A DNA stretch of 64,000 nt from Octopus sinensis (lineage: Eukaryota), in NCBI RefSeq assembly GCF_006345805.1, contig NC_042999.1, positions 61,256,001 to 61,320,000 on the forward strand, in the 5' to 3' direction. Below the pieces are notes generated by a model that saw only the letters and a program-made list of their open reading frames with translations, was not told the origin of the DNA and did not search any database. The stretch's first letter is position 1; each line of letters opens with the position of its first letter. Position numbers and translations under genes: made by a program. Shown here piece after piece: positions 25,097 to 38,722 of the stretch.

Positions 25097-28000
25097 TAAG
25101 ATCAGAAATAGAGCTTCTAAGACTAAGGGCCTCCACAAATGAGGAAAAATTTAAAAGCATCGACGAGGAGATGCACAATATAATACAAAAACATACCGAA
25201 AGACAACCCCTAGAAAATACATTAGATCATTGGAAGGATACCTGTGAAAAAGAAGAGAGAAATTCTCTCCTGCGCTGGGAGAAAAACATCGATTTCTTCC
25301 AAAAATATAGTTCAACTTTCAAAAATGAATTGGGTACAAATAATCCCTTCCTTAAGAAAATTACAAAAAATAAAAAAGAAAAACCAAACAACCCCCAACT
25401 ATCCTCCATACACTAAAAACAGAAATCACCCACAACCAACCTTTGCAAACCACGCAAGACCTAACAGGGAAATAGCTGACAGACGACGCGTCAATGAAAT
25501 AAATTACACCAAAAACAGAACACACCAACAACATCCTAATACCAGACCCAACCACCATACAGCACAAAACGACACTAGAATAAGAAATACACCACACACA
25601 AGTCACTACTACCCCATGAACCAAAATTACTGGTCCCCACTGAACACAAGACAAACGCAAAAAAACACTATGTCAAGCAACATCCCACATACATGCAGTT
25701 CGAAACACAAATATTTCACATACAGAAATTTTACACACACCACAAACAAAAACAACCATAGATTCCCACACACACACAACGATTGGGGGCAACAATACCA
25801 CCATTCCCCCGACCCAATATCACACAACCTCACAGACAACTCATACAAACAAAATTACACCCAACATTTTTTAGCCAGGGACCAGAGACACCAGGACACA
25901 GGCTGGAACCTAGTAATAAGGAAAAACCGAAGATAATTAATCTTTCAACCAAACCTCTTTCTAACATAAAAATTGACATCCTCTCAAAAGGGCTCCAATT
26001 TACACCAACTCCACGCAGAGCCAACCTAAATAAAATCAAGGATAATATAACAGAATTTTGCAGAAAATTAAGACTAGCAGAAGCATCAACCAGTTTCAAT
26101 ACTGAAGATGAATCACTAGTCAAGAACAAAAGTGAACACATCCCACACAGAGTAAGAAATAAAAATCTTGATGAATTCTGTAACCACATTGAGAACTTTC
26201 CCTACCATACTATACATAAACAGAAAGTTAACTCAAATTTTAACACTACACAATGGAAGGAACTGATCGAACGTCAAAATGATGAGGATATAACCATTAA
26301 GGAAGCAGACAAGGGAAGTGCAGTTGTAATAATGCATACATCATACAATAGAAATCTTGTAATTTCCTTGCTTGATGACGACCTACATTATGAAAAAATT
26401 ACCAACTACACCCCACAAAAAATAATGAAAACTCTATCTTCACTAATTAAAACCCATGAAAAGGAACTAACAACCAAAGAGATTGACTTTCTAACAAACT
26501 CTAAATGCAAACCTAGCCTTTTCTATGGTCTGCCAAAAATTCATAAAAGCCAAATTATAAATGAAACCATTAAAAAATCACCAAAGACATACATACACAC
26601 ACCTAACCCGGGGGACCTAAAACTACGACCCATTGTATCTGGCCCAACCTGTGAAACACACAGACTAAGTCTATTTATGGACATCCTCCTGAAACCCTTC
26701 CTTAAACATATCGATAGCCATAGCAAAGATGACTTAGATATGTTAAACCACCTTCCAAAAAAAGCCAAGGAAGAAACAATCCTGGTTTCATTTGATGTAG
26801 TAAACTTATATACCAGTATACCTCATAATTATGGACTAGAGGCAATACAGTTCTGGCTGGACCAATTTCCGGAAGAAATACCAAAAAGGATCAGTAAAGA
26901 ATTCATTACTAAATCAATTGAATTCATCCTACATAATAACCACTTCATGTTTGACAATACATTTTACCGTCAAAAATCCGGAATTGCTATGGGTACAAGA
27001 GCAGCACCAGTCATTGCGAACCTAACAATGGGCTACATGGAAATAATCATTTACCAGGAATCTTTATCAATCTTTGGAAACCCCCTTTCTCAATACATAA
27101 AAGAGAATTGGAAACGATTCTTAGACGATTGTTTTATACTCTGGAATGAAAACACAGATAAACTCCTAAAATTTAAAAACCTATTGAACAGCATAAACCC
27201 AAATATACAGTTCACAATGGAATACAACCAAAAGGAGCTCCCGTTCTTGGATATACTAATTAAAAAAAATAACCTTAAAATAGAAACAGACATTTTTTAC
27301 AAAGCCACAGACGCCAAACAATACCTTCTTTTTAATTCATGCCACCCAAGACACACTAAAACAAACATCCCTTTCAACCTTGCAAGAAGGATATGCACAA
27401 TAGTGTCAGAACAAAATACCAGGAACTTTAGACTGCAAGAACTCAAAAACACCCTAATTGACAGACATTACCCAACTCAACTCATAGAGGATGGGATCAG
27501 ACGTGCAATAGAAATCACATAGAAACTTTAAGAAAGTTCCAACAACAACACACCTTCCCCGAAAATACTACCTTACATATCTACATACAACCCCAGAAAC
27601 TAAGAAGCCTTCACCATCATCACCCAGAATTTACCAATACTTCATAAGGACCCCAAATCAAAGGAAATTCTAAACATACACCAAATCATTAAAAGCTACA
27701 CACAACCTAAATCACTTAAAAAGATTCTCACAAAGGCAAAATTGTTTTCTGAAATTACGGATGCAAAAGTAAAAAAATGTGGTAGATCGAACTGTGCAAC
27801 ATGTCCAAACCTGCTAGAAGGATCAGAATTCCTCTTTAAAGAGGGACAGAAATTCAAGATCAAATCTAACTTTACTTGTGCCTCTGAAAACATAATTTAT
27901 GTCATAAAATGCTCGGGCTGCCACCAAGACTACGTGGGATCCACGGGACTATCACTCAGACGTAGATGCACACTGCATCGACAACAGATTGCATTCCCAG

Positions 28001-28360
28001 AATACAGAATGATACCTTTTAGTGAGCACATTGAGAAATGAGCAAAGCAACTACTACCACAATTTTTAATCTTTCCATTTTACCAATGTGCTATCGGATC
28101 ATCAACACAAATTAGACTAAACAAGGAAACATTCTTCATTGAAAAGTACAAGCCCAGACTTAACCATGCCAACATACTGATACAGAGAAATTCACACCAA
28201 GGGAAAGGATTATCTCCCTTACACCGGAAGAAATCACTCATTACCTCCCCTTATTTAGAACTCTTTTGAACATAAACATAACGATAACTCTATTCAACAT
28301 AAACATAACGTCACAAGAAATTTGAAAAGCTAAACGCGAAACCGGTCTTTCTTCTAAATT
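25097..28360 (+). mobile_element. Penelope-like retroelement (RT + GIY-YIG), near full length
   Basis: 579-aa ORF 25783-27522 with FYGLPKIHK, LRPIVS, VSFDVVNLYTSIP, GIAMGT, RFLDDCF and FLDILI. GIY-YIG at 27742-28041 (CGRSNCATC, IIYVIKC..DYVGSTG..R). Frameshifted N-terminal region. Confidence 0.95.
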
Positions 28361-28561
28361 ATGTCATTGTAAGGAAAAAAAAAATTTTAATATTCTTCAG
28401 ACATATTGACGCAAATATATATATATTTTAACCTATAAGCCTTCTGTAGGTTTTTCACTTTTAACTATTTTCTATATATTCAACCACGTGCTTTCACAAA
28501 CCAACTTCCTTATCTATATATCTTTATATATACATATACCACACAGCAACGTCTGCACCTA

Positions 28562-28610
<49 letters not shown>

Positions 28611-28614
28611 TATA

Positions 28615-28653
<39 letters not shown>

Positions 28654-28724
28654 TATATGTGTGTGTGTCTATACACACACACACACACGCATATATATAT
28701 ATATAATATATATATATATATACA

Positions 28725-29105
28725 GACGTAGCTGTGTGGTAAGAAGTTTGCTTCCCAACTACATGGTTCCAGATTCAGTCCCACTGCTTGTCACATTGGG
28801 CGAATGGCTTCTACTCTATCCCCGGACCGATCAAAGCCCTGTGAGTGGATTTAGACGGAGACTGAAAGAATCCCGTCGTATATACATGTGTGTGCGTGTG
28901 TGTTTGTGTATCTGTATTTGTACCCCACCATCAACGCTTGTCAACTGTTGATGGTGTGTTTACGTCCCCGAAAGATAGCATTTCTGCACAAGAGACCGAT
29001 AGAATAAGTACTAGGTTTACATAGAATAAGTCTATTGCTTCGATAAAGGCGGTGCTCCAGCATGGCTGCAGTGAAATGACTGAAACAAATAAAGGGAAAA
29101 AAAGA
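28725..29105 (+). mobile_element. SINE family B
   Basis: Full degenerate copy with GGCGGTGCTCCAGCATGG tail. Confidence 0.88.
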
Positions 29106-29114
29106 ATATATATA

Positions 29115-29176
29115 TTAGGGTTATGACTTTCATTTTTTAAGAAGTAAACAAGTTCCTGTATAAAATGTCCATGAAC

Positions 29177-29233
<57 letters not shown>

Positions 29234-31091
29234 GAAAATAACCTTTGTATCAAGTTTGTTTGTAAACATATCACCCCTAACTGAAGAAATCTAACACTAC
29301 TTTTGACCCAAATCTAACAGAGCAACTCTAGTGTTATTGTCAACATCTGAATCTGAGACTAAAAGTGAATATCAAGATTTTGAAAAATTGGATGAAGAAT
29401 CCACACAAACAAGAAGGAAGTATAGCAAAACTGGAACTTCAACCAAGTTAGTAATATCTTACAAGCTATTTAGTCCAAAAGCAGCGACTGTTTGTCGACA
29501 ATTATCTCAAGATGGGATCAATGTCGAGACTCCTTCCCAATCTGGTATTTACAGATCGACTATCATAAAAACGAATATGAAGAAAACACTATATTTCAAA
29601 TTGATGGTAAACGCACTGATGACCACGAATACCAAGTGCTAGATTAAAGAACGAACAGTGAGAAGTTAAGTTAGAAGCACTCCAATTACCTAACGGAAAA
29701 GCCGATACTGTTGTGAAAGGAATAACAGCTGTTTTAGGTGAATACAATTAATGGAACTGTATAGATATGATTGGCGCTGATACAACGAGTGTGAATACTG
29801 GGAAAAGAAATGGAATTGTCATTCAGTTGCAAAAGCTGTTTGCTCAAAAGGGTTTGAAAGAACCGCAGTTTATTGGTTGCCAGCATCATATCCTTGATAG
29901 AGTTCTTCATGCTGTAATGGATAACGAACTTGGTGAAAAAAAGTCATCTCCCAATATTGCATATACATTCATCCCAGAGCTTCTAAGTAATTACGAGAAA
30001 CTCCAGGCTAATTTCAACAATTGTGACGAAAAGATTACTGAATCAGCAGGATGGTGAGATGATATGAAATTTCTATTTCATTTGACCAGAGTTTTTTGTT
30101 TCTTTGAAGAAACCGGCAAATTTCCTACTTTAAAGCTTCAAGCAATACTCAACTTAATGCAAGATAGAATTTGAGCAATCCTAGCTCTTTTTTTGGCATT
30201 TATTCTTCTACTAGGGAAAAGCATTTTGCTTTTCAATGTTTGTCGATTAATCTCTTACAGCTGGGATGATTTTTGGTTTACTGACCAAATGTTTAATGCA
30301 CAAAATTTTCAGAAATTATGTGTAAGCCTGCAAGTTCATTAAAAAAAAGCATTGAACTCTGGTAAAAGAATTTTGAAGTCTAAAACGATCAAAACTGGAA
30401 ATTCCCAGAACAGGTTAGTGCCGAACGGGCAGTCCAGTGCCTTCAAAATCTTTATAATGTTTGTAAAAATAAGAAGAAATTTCAGCTTCGATATATTTTA
30501 TCTAACAAAACATATTAATTCGTTTTTATGTTTAAAAATTTACTAACATTCAGCACCATTTTTCTTATACAATTATTTAAAATTGGAATCAAACATATAA
30601 AGTTAAAAATATATATTGTTTTTAATTTCGTATATTATCGAATGTTTGTAGTGGCCTCTGTTTTAAAGTAGCCTAGTTTTGAACATTTGCATACAACGAT
30701 TTCAAATCAGTAATCTTAAAAATGTATAACTACACTTTTATTCTACATATCTCTTTTGTTTACAAGGATTTAGGCAGCGGAAATACTGAAGCGTGAATTT
30801 AGTGTCACCTAGGCAGCTTATATTAAAAATCCCTTAACTCTGAAACTACTTCAACAAAAATGTTGAAATTTCAGATATAGTATTTCTGCATGGTAAAACC
30901 TTGAGCAGGCGTTATGAACCCCGCTAGAATTTTGCATGATTTGGGTCATGGGTGGGGATCGATTTCTTAAGTTAGGGGTGACATACTTCGTTCAAATAAA
31001 GCAAAATAACTGTTAGTTTCCTGACTTTTATGAAATTATTCATGGAATTACGGTATAGGGGTATTAGGTTGTTAAAAAGTCACAGCCCTAA
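29115..31091 (+). mobile_element. hAT (hATm-like) DNA transposon, degenerate
   Basis: TTAGGG(T/C)T(A/G)TGACTTT termini, subterminal inverted TCACCCCTAACT.AAGAAATC, and near-identical 8-bp flanks TATATATA/TATATACA. Motifs DTTSVNTG, CQHHILD and SAERAVQCLQ. Confidence 0.8.
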
Positions 31092-31177
31092 TATATACAC
31101 ACATACACACAGGCATCTATATATACATACCCAGACAGATATATGTATATATATGTAAGAGTATATGTATACATACA

Positions 31178-31224
<47 letters not shown>

Positions 31225-31276
31225 CTCTCTATATTTATATATATACATATTTATATATATATATATATATACATAA

Positions 31277-31312
<36 letters not shown>

Positions 31313-31320
31313 CATATATT

Positions 31321-31358
<38 letters not shown>

Positions 31359-31410
31359 ATATATATATATAATATACATATATATATACACAAATATATA
31401 TATATATATA

Positions 31411-31700
31411 TGGTTGTGAGCTCGAATCCCGGACCGGGCTGCGTGTTGTGTTCTTGAGCAAGGCACTTTATTTCACGTTGCTCCAGTTCACTCAACTGTA
31501 GAAATGAGTTGCGACGTCACTGGTGCCAAGCTGTATCGACCTTTGTCTTTCCCTTGGATAACACTGGTGGCGTGGAGAGGGGAGGCTGGTATGCATGGGC
31601 GACTGCTGGCCTTCCATAAACAACCTTGCCCGGACTTGTGTCTAGGAGGGTAACTTTCTAGGTGCAATCCCATGGTCATTCATGACCGAAGGGGGTCTTT
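31411..31700 (+). mobile_element. SINE family E, 5'-truncated
   Basis: B box GCTCGAATCC, CORE-like TGTTCTTGAGCAAGGCACTT, and a unique tail. Confidence 0.75.
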
Positions 31701-32542
31701 ATATGTATACATGAAGAGAGAGAGAGAGAGATACAGACAGAGAGACAGACAGAGAGAGAGTGTCAGACAGACAGGTACATACACACAGCTAAATCATTAT
31801 ATGATGAGCGATAGCCATATTGGATAATTCTTGATTTTAATTAACATTATAATCTTGTGTTAAAAAAACCTTTCTTGTTATCGAGAAATATGTCGCGAAT
31901 TCCATTGTAGACTTTCGTTTTCTTTTACGCTTATTCATCCCGTGGTAAACATTTTCCTTTTTTTTTTTTTTGTTATTTCCATTGAGGCGAAAAGGAAACT
32001 CGATATAACGAAAAGAAGGATGACATTTCAGTTAACAATAAAAGAGTAAAAATTCTGAGAAAATAAGATTACAATTTAATGAAAGGAAGGTAGACAGACA
32101 TAACGGTTTATTTGCTCGTGAATTTCACTCAAAATTTATTGACTTAACCCACAGCTAGACCCCAAGATGCATACGAAATATAATGAGCCGTGGGTCCTAA
32201 GCTTGAACATTTGTGTCAAGTCTTTTAACCACTAGACCAGACTTTCTGCAAATACAACTGAATTTTGAAACTATTTACCATTTCAATTCTTATATACTTC
32301 ACAGTTATTGATCAGTGAATGCTTTAATAACTACACTTTAAATGTATACTAGGAAGTGTTTAGATGTGGAAAATACTACTAGAATAGACAGAACATTCTA
32401 GTTGTTTTAATTGGTTTCAATAGCGTTATAAATATGTATGTTCCACTTAATATGATTTCAGAGATGTGAATAATTAGTTCGCAGCTAAGTGAGATGTAAA
32501 ACATTCCCTCCCCAATCTCTTCTCTTCCTCCGCCTGCCTTTT

Positions 32543-32544
32543 GT

Positions 32545-32587
<43 letters not shown>

Positions 32588-32588
32588 C

Positions 32589-32658
<70 letters not shown>

Positions 32659-32767
32659 CTCTATCTCTCTATCTATCTATCTGTCTCTCTATCTATCTGT
32701 TTGTCTGTCTGTCTGTCTGTCTATCTATCTGTCTATGTATCTGTCTGTCTGTCTGTCTATCTCTCTA

Positions 32768-32814
<47 letters not shown>

Positions 32815-32980
32815 ATGTGTCTCATCCACTTTTCTCAATCATTATGTTTGTTTAACGTCTACACCCTTTCTATATCTCTCTTCCCTACCTTCTTTTCTCT
32901 CAAACATTTTCCCCATTTTTCAATTTTTCTCACTCCCTCCCGCTTTCTCTTCCTCCCCACTCTCCCCTCTCTCTTCTCTC

Positions 32981-33012
<32 letters not shown>

Positions 33013-33030
33013 TTCTATATATCAGTCTAT
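32543..33030. repeat. Compound (TATC)n/(TGTC)n/(TC)n tract decaying into a pyrimidine-rich region
   Basis: Direct reading; source of the 287-aa YLSI pseudo-ORF. Confidence 0.95.
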
Positions 33031-33644
33031 ATATCTGACTGTTTCTGATATTTGCTTTTATTTCCCACCCCCTCCCGCCAATCTCTTTCTCACTGCTAGT
33101 TCTTGTGCCTATCTGCTGTTTGCTTCCACTCTCTCTTTCTCACACTCCCTGTATATCTTCCACTTTCTCTGCCTGCTTCTCCTTTTGTCTCTCACTTTCT
33201 CTGTCTTACCCTTTCATGATTTTGTCTGCTTGTTTTTATATATTTTTTCTTCATTTCAATTAATCTCTCTCCAACCTTTCGTTCTCACCGCCTTCTCTCT
33301 ACCTTTCTCTCCCCTCCCTCCTCCTCTTTCTCCATCTCTTTCTGATAGTTGATGAGATGCTGTTGAAGTACCCCTTTAATAGATCCTGCAGCAATATAGA
33401 CCGACTCCAGGCCTATGTAATTAACAGTCACTCTAGCATTTCAGAGACCAAATGAAGAAGGCATTTTCAACACGTACAACAACCATATTTTTTATGAATT
33501 AGTATCTCCTTACTCGGTATTAAAAATTTCACCTGAAATTAAATGAGAACAGTTGTTGCGTTACACATTATGCTGTTGCTAGTTAATTATAGAATTATCT
33601 AATAAACTTAATTATTGGATAGAATGTTTTTGTAAATATGGCTT

Positions 33645-34085
33645 AAAATTTTGTCACTAGGCCAGCAGTTATAGGAGAAATTTAAGCCGATTATATCGAC
33701 CCCAGGGTTTCACTGCTACTTTTTTGATCGACTCCGAATCGATGAAAGGGGATGTTATCCTCAGTGGTATTTGAATTTGAATCATGAAGACGGACGAAAT
33801 GAGGTTAAGCGTTTTACCGGGCATGCTAAAGGTTCTGGCAGCCCGCCGTCATAAAGGCTTTATAAACGTTGGTTTCAAATTTTGGCACAAGGCCAGTAAT
33901 TTCGGGTGAAGAGGTAAGTCGATTACATCGACACCAAGTATTCTACTGGTACTTATTTTATCGACCCCGAAAAGATGAAAGGCAAACTCGTCACCTGAGC
34001 ATTTGAACTCAGAACCTAAAGTCAGAAGAAATATCACTAAATATTCTTCTCGATATGTTAACGGTTTTCACAGGTCACCGCCTTA
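33645..34085 (-). mobile_element. Two adjacent old SINE A-type copies with an alternative 3' tail
   Basis: ATCGACCCC..ATGAAAGG..TTTGAACTCAGAAC cores with GGTTTCAAATTTTGGCACAAGGCCAG tail. Confidence 0.75.
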
Positions 34086-34749
34086 AAGGCTCTATAAATA
34101 TTACCATAGGCACAGGTGTGACTGTATCAGTATTGAGTTCACTGTGAAATTTCGTGAATTCAGGTTCGATCCCAATGATTCAAATATCTACTATTGATCA
34201 AAGTTATGTGAGCTCAGAAGCCGTTCCGCTTCTTAGTAGTAAAATTACCCCATCATGTCTTTTGACATCATGATTTAGTTGTTAGGAAAATTCGAGAAAT
34301 GCCTAGTTTTTAAGATATATTCCTTACTTTAATCCATCACAGGGGCTCTGAAAAGCATCTTGATTGTAGTCCGTACTCGTCGGAATCAGTCATTAAATTT
34401 GGGAACAAAATTGGTTACATTTCCTAGCCGAGCCGATTTAGCTCTGTAGTCCCCTAGTAAAAATCAATGCACTGCGCTCTATAATGTGTATTTAATGACA
34501 GCAAGCCATAGCGTACATAGACCAGGCTAGAGTACCTGAGACGGTGAGGAACTGGAGTAGCTTCCCAATGTGTTCAGGAGTTACGACAGCATTGCTTCCG
34601 AGTTGTTTTCTCGGATATTATCAATTTCAATTTAGTTGTGTTTCAGCATTGCACTTTTTAGTTTCATCCGGCAAGATGGAGTCTGATTGTGGCTAAAATT
34701 TCCTGTCTCGTGTAATCGAGACAGCTGGTACTGTTGCTTGTGTTCCTTA

Positions 34750-34777
34750 TGATAATGATGATGATGATGATAACAGC

Positions 34778-34821
<44 letters not shown>

Positions 34822-34924
34822 TAATTATAATAAAACAGCAAACATTCTTGGCAGGGTTCTTGAAGTATGACCAGCAAACAAGTGTCACAACAAAATGAGT
34901 CGTGAATTTTGGCACAATAATAAC

Positions 34925-34983
<59 letters not shown>

Positions 34984-35143
34984 CATTCACTAGTACAACA
35001 CCAAAAAAAAAAAAAAACCCAAATATATGGCACAGAACTTCCAACCTGTTGTCTCTTGAGGTCTCTGGGTGAGACTTGGAGCCAACTTGTACAGACATAA
35101 AGCAAAAGTCAAACATAGAATAATAATAATAATAATAATAATG

Positions 35144-35175
<32 letters not shown>
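34750..35175 (+). repeat. (AAT)n array interrupted by two short unique inserts
   Basis: AAT runs at about 34778-34831, 34916-34981 and 35119-35173, with inserts between them. Confidence 0.9.
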
Positions 35176-35371
35176 TGTTTCGAATTATGGCATTAGACCA
35201 GCATTCTCGTGGACGGATTGACTCGACCGCATATTTCGGGAATGCGTGGTTCGATTTACGCGAATCTTCTGTTATTCTGTGTGTATTCACATTTCAACGG
35301 TACCGTTGTCCGATTTACGCATAAATTGTTTTATTCCGTTTGTATTCACATGAGCATCTATACATACATAT

Positions 35372-35416
<45 letters not shown>

Positions 35417-35425
35417 TATATATAG

Positions 35426-35464
<39 letters not shown>

Positions 35465-35465
35465 T

Positions 35466-35866
35466 GACGTAGGAGTGGCTGTGTGGTGAGTAGCTTGCTT
35501 ACGAACCACATGGTTCCGGGTTCAGTCCCACTGCGTGGCCCCTTGGGCAAGTGTCTTCTACTATAGCCTCGGAAACTGAAAGAAGCCCGTCGTATATATG
35601 TATATATATGTATATGTATGTATTATGTATGTATGTATGTGTGTGTATGTATATGTTTGTGTGTCTGTGTTTGTCCCCCCTCACCGATACTGGTGTGCTT
35701 GCGTCCCCGTAACTTAGCGGTTCGGCAAAAGAGGCCGATAGAATAAGTACTAGTCTTACAAAGAATAAGTCATGGGGTCGATTTGCTCGATTTGCTCGAC
35801 TAAGAGCGGTGCTCCAGCATGGCCACAGTCATATGACTGAAGCAAGTAAAAGAGTAAAAGAGAGTA
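35466..35866 (+). mobile_element. SINE family B, full length
   Basis: GTAGGAGTGGCTGTGTGG head, GGTTCAGTCC B-box-like motif, CCTTGGGCAAGT, internal TA/TG tract and tail. Confidence 0.92.
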
Positions 35867-36215
35867 ACGAGTATACATACATATACATATATATATATAT
35901 ATTTGTATGTGTGTGTGTGAGTGTGTGCATGTGTGTACACATGTATGTATAAGGTAAATAAGCTTACCTCAGCTGCGTTTAATAGAAAACAGGCAGAAAA
36001 ACATTACAAACATCAGATGACGTCGATCCGGACCGTATAGTTTGCGCAGTTGATTGATACTTTTTAACTTTAATAGATGCAATAAACTGTAGAAGCCATA
36101 AAGAAATTTTTGAAAACTTTGTATGCACGCACACACATAAGTGTATGCATATGTATGTGCGTGTTATATATATACCGTATGTATGTATGCATATACATTA
36201 TAAATATATATATAG

Positions 36216-36261
<46 letters not shown>

Positions 36262-36472
36262 GGTCAAATATATATATATATATATATATAAAATGGTCAA
36301 AACCTTTTACACACGAACTTAGTTCGATTTGAAAACCCCACTAGAATGGGAGAAAGCGCTAATACATGATCTAAGTTATATGATGTATAAAAACATATAA
36401 TATACAAATAAATATCTGTAAATATAAAACCATCCGAATTTCTGAGTACCTCATTTCTTCTAATATATACAT

Positions 36473-36864
36473 ACTAGCAGTATCGCCCGGCGTTGCTCAG
36501 GTCTGTAAGGGAAATAACTTTATAAGCATTTTTAGAGATGTAAATTATAATAGCCGTCTCAATATGGCTAACCACAAAGGGGGAGTGTTACTGTAGCTTT
36601 TTACGTTCTGAGATTTAATAATAAATTTTTAGAGAGTTACTTCCCTTATATATGCCAAAAATGCATTAAAAATGGAAAAAATTGATGGTAAATTTTTAAA
36701 AATCGTAGACTCATCGTAGACGCGCGCTAATACCCAGAAGGGCTCGATATGAATCACGACTATAAGATACCCGGTTTTGGTTAAACTGCACCGCAAGATG
36801 TGGGAGTAGTTAGGAATCTAAATCGTAGGAGACAGTCAGCAGACAACCTCTCTTTTATATATAA

Positions 36865-36868
<4 letters not shown>
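36473..36868 (+). mobile_element. Helentron-associated non-autonomous element (HINE/DINE-1-like)
   Basis: 5' ACTAGCAGTATCGCCCGGCGTTGCTCAGG and 3' CAGACA..TTTTATATATAAAGAT termini. Confidence 0.7.
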
Positions 36869-36935
<67 letters not shown>

Positions 36936-38722
36936 AATATATATATATATTTATGTATATTTGTGTGGTGTTTTTGCGTGCGTGTATGTATGTGTATGAG
37001 TGTCTGTGTCTGTACAGGTGGTACTTCTATTAGAGACGGAAGGAACCACGTACATTTGCAGTAGATATTTCATATATCGAGAGGATGCTACATAAACTTA
37101 AAACTAAATGACAACAACAGAGGTAGGCCAGTGGCAGTTCTAGAGACTTCAGTCAAAATGCAGAATGGCTGTGGCGTTTCCTCACTCCTGTCATGTTTGC
37201 ATTCAAGTAGGTCCGGCCAAAGTCTTATCATTCACAATAGAGGGCGTAGTCATTTGTTTGGTGAAGTGATTATTAGAGGATTAAAAATACAAAGATTAGC
37301 AAGAGGGGAAACTGAATTGATGTGGTTGTGCGTGCATGCACGTACGAGTTTATATATATATATATATATATATATCTATATATATATATATATATATATA
37401 TGTATGCTTTAGTGTATGGTTGTAGGCTATTTAGCTATTGTGGATCTTCGTGCAATATTTTAGGTATCAATAAACCTAATTATTGGAAATAAAATTTTTG
37501 CTTATTTTATTCTATCTTTTGCTGAAGCAAACATCGAAAAGTAATGTACTTTTAACTACCTGTTGTACATGTAAAGCTGCTAAAGCACATATTTTAAACT
37601 TGTGTATATAACACCCCAATTCGAACCACTCGTAGTAGCATTAAATATTATATATATATATATACATACACACAATATTTATGTTCATACACAGAGATCT
37701 AGACATGGATTAGAAGATGGGTAGAGACAGACAAGCAAACGGATAGAGTTAGGCACAAACAAACGGAAATAGACAGATAAACAGACGGACAGTGTTGATA
37801 TATCATAATAAATCTGTTTAAAAAAAAAAACAGTGCAAAATGGTGAAGAGAACTTTAGTGAAATCCGATTAGAATAAACGAGATAATGAGTTAAAGATGA
37901 ATAAAAACGAAACAAAAACAAAGAATTACGAAATCGGAAAATCCAATTTTGGTTTACAAGACGTCAGTTGTAATTAGATAATAAAAATACCTCTAAGTTA
38001 AACAAAATCAACAATGTTTAAAGTGCAAACATTTTTTTTATATATCGAGCCAAACTTTTTCCTTTTCATATATTTCCAAACAGTTTACTAACATTCTTTT
38101 AATTTTCCTTCGTAACATTTCGCTATTGGTGTAATTCGCATTCTTATCTTATTCGATCATACTAATCTTAAGAGATTTATGGTATCAGTAAGGTTTCGTC
38201 TACTATGTTCGCCTGTCACACAGGTGTTTCCAGGTTCCAATCGCACATCACGACACTTTTGACAAATTTCTTCTTCCGCCGCAACTTAGTGTCAACCAAA
38301 GAGCTTTAGGTGGAATGATGGAAGCAGAGCAGGAACCCGTCTCGTAGACATTACCTATCTCGTAGACATTACGGTAGACTTAATTCGTCTTCCGACTCTC
38401 ACTACCGACTGGTCCTTAATGCTAAGACTTCACACAGATATCAAATTTGAGGTTAAATTTTGCCAACTAGTTACTGGTCCTTGAGAATTATTTGGGAGGT
38501 ACCTTTCTTAATCTATACAAAATTATAAGACTGCAATATATTCTTAATATAATTAGTGTAATCTGAGTTCAAATGGTACCGAGATCGACTTTTGCCAACC
38601 AACAGTTCGAAGTTAATAAAATAAGTACCAGTTGAACATTACATCGACTTCGTCATTCTCATGAAATTGCTGGCGTCGTGCCAAAATCTGAATGAATATT
38701 ACGAGATCGATAAAATGACTCC

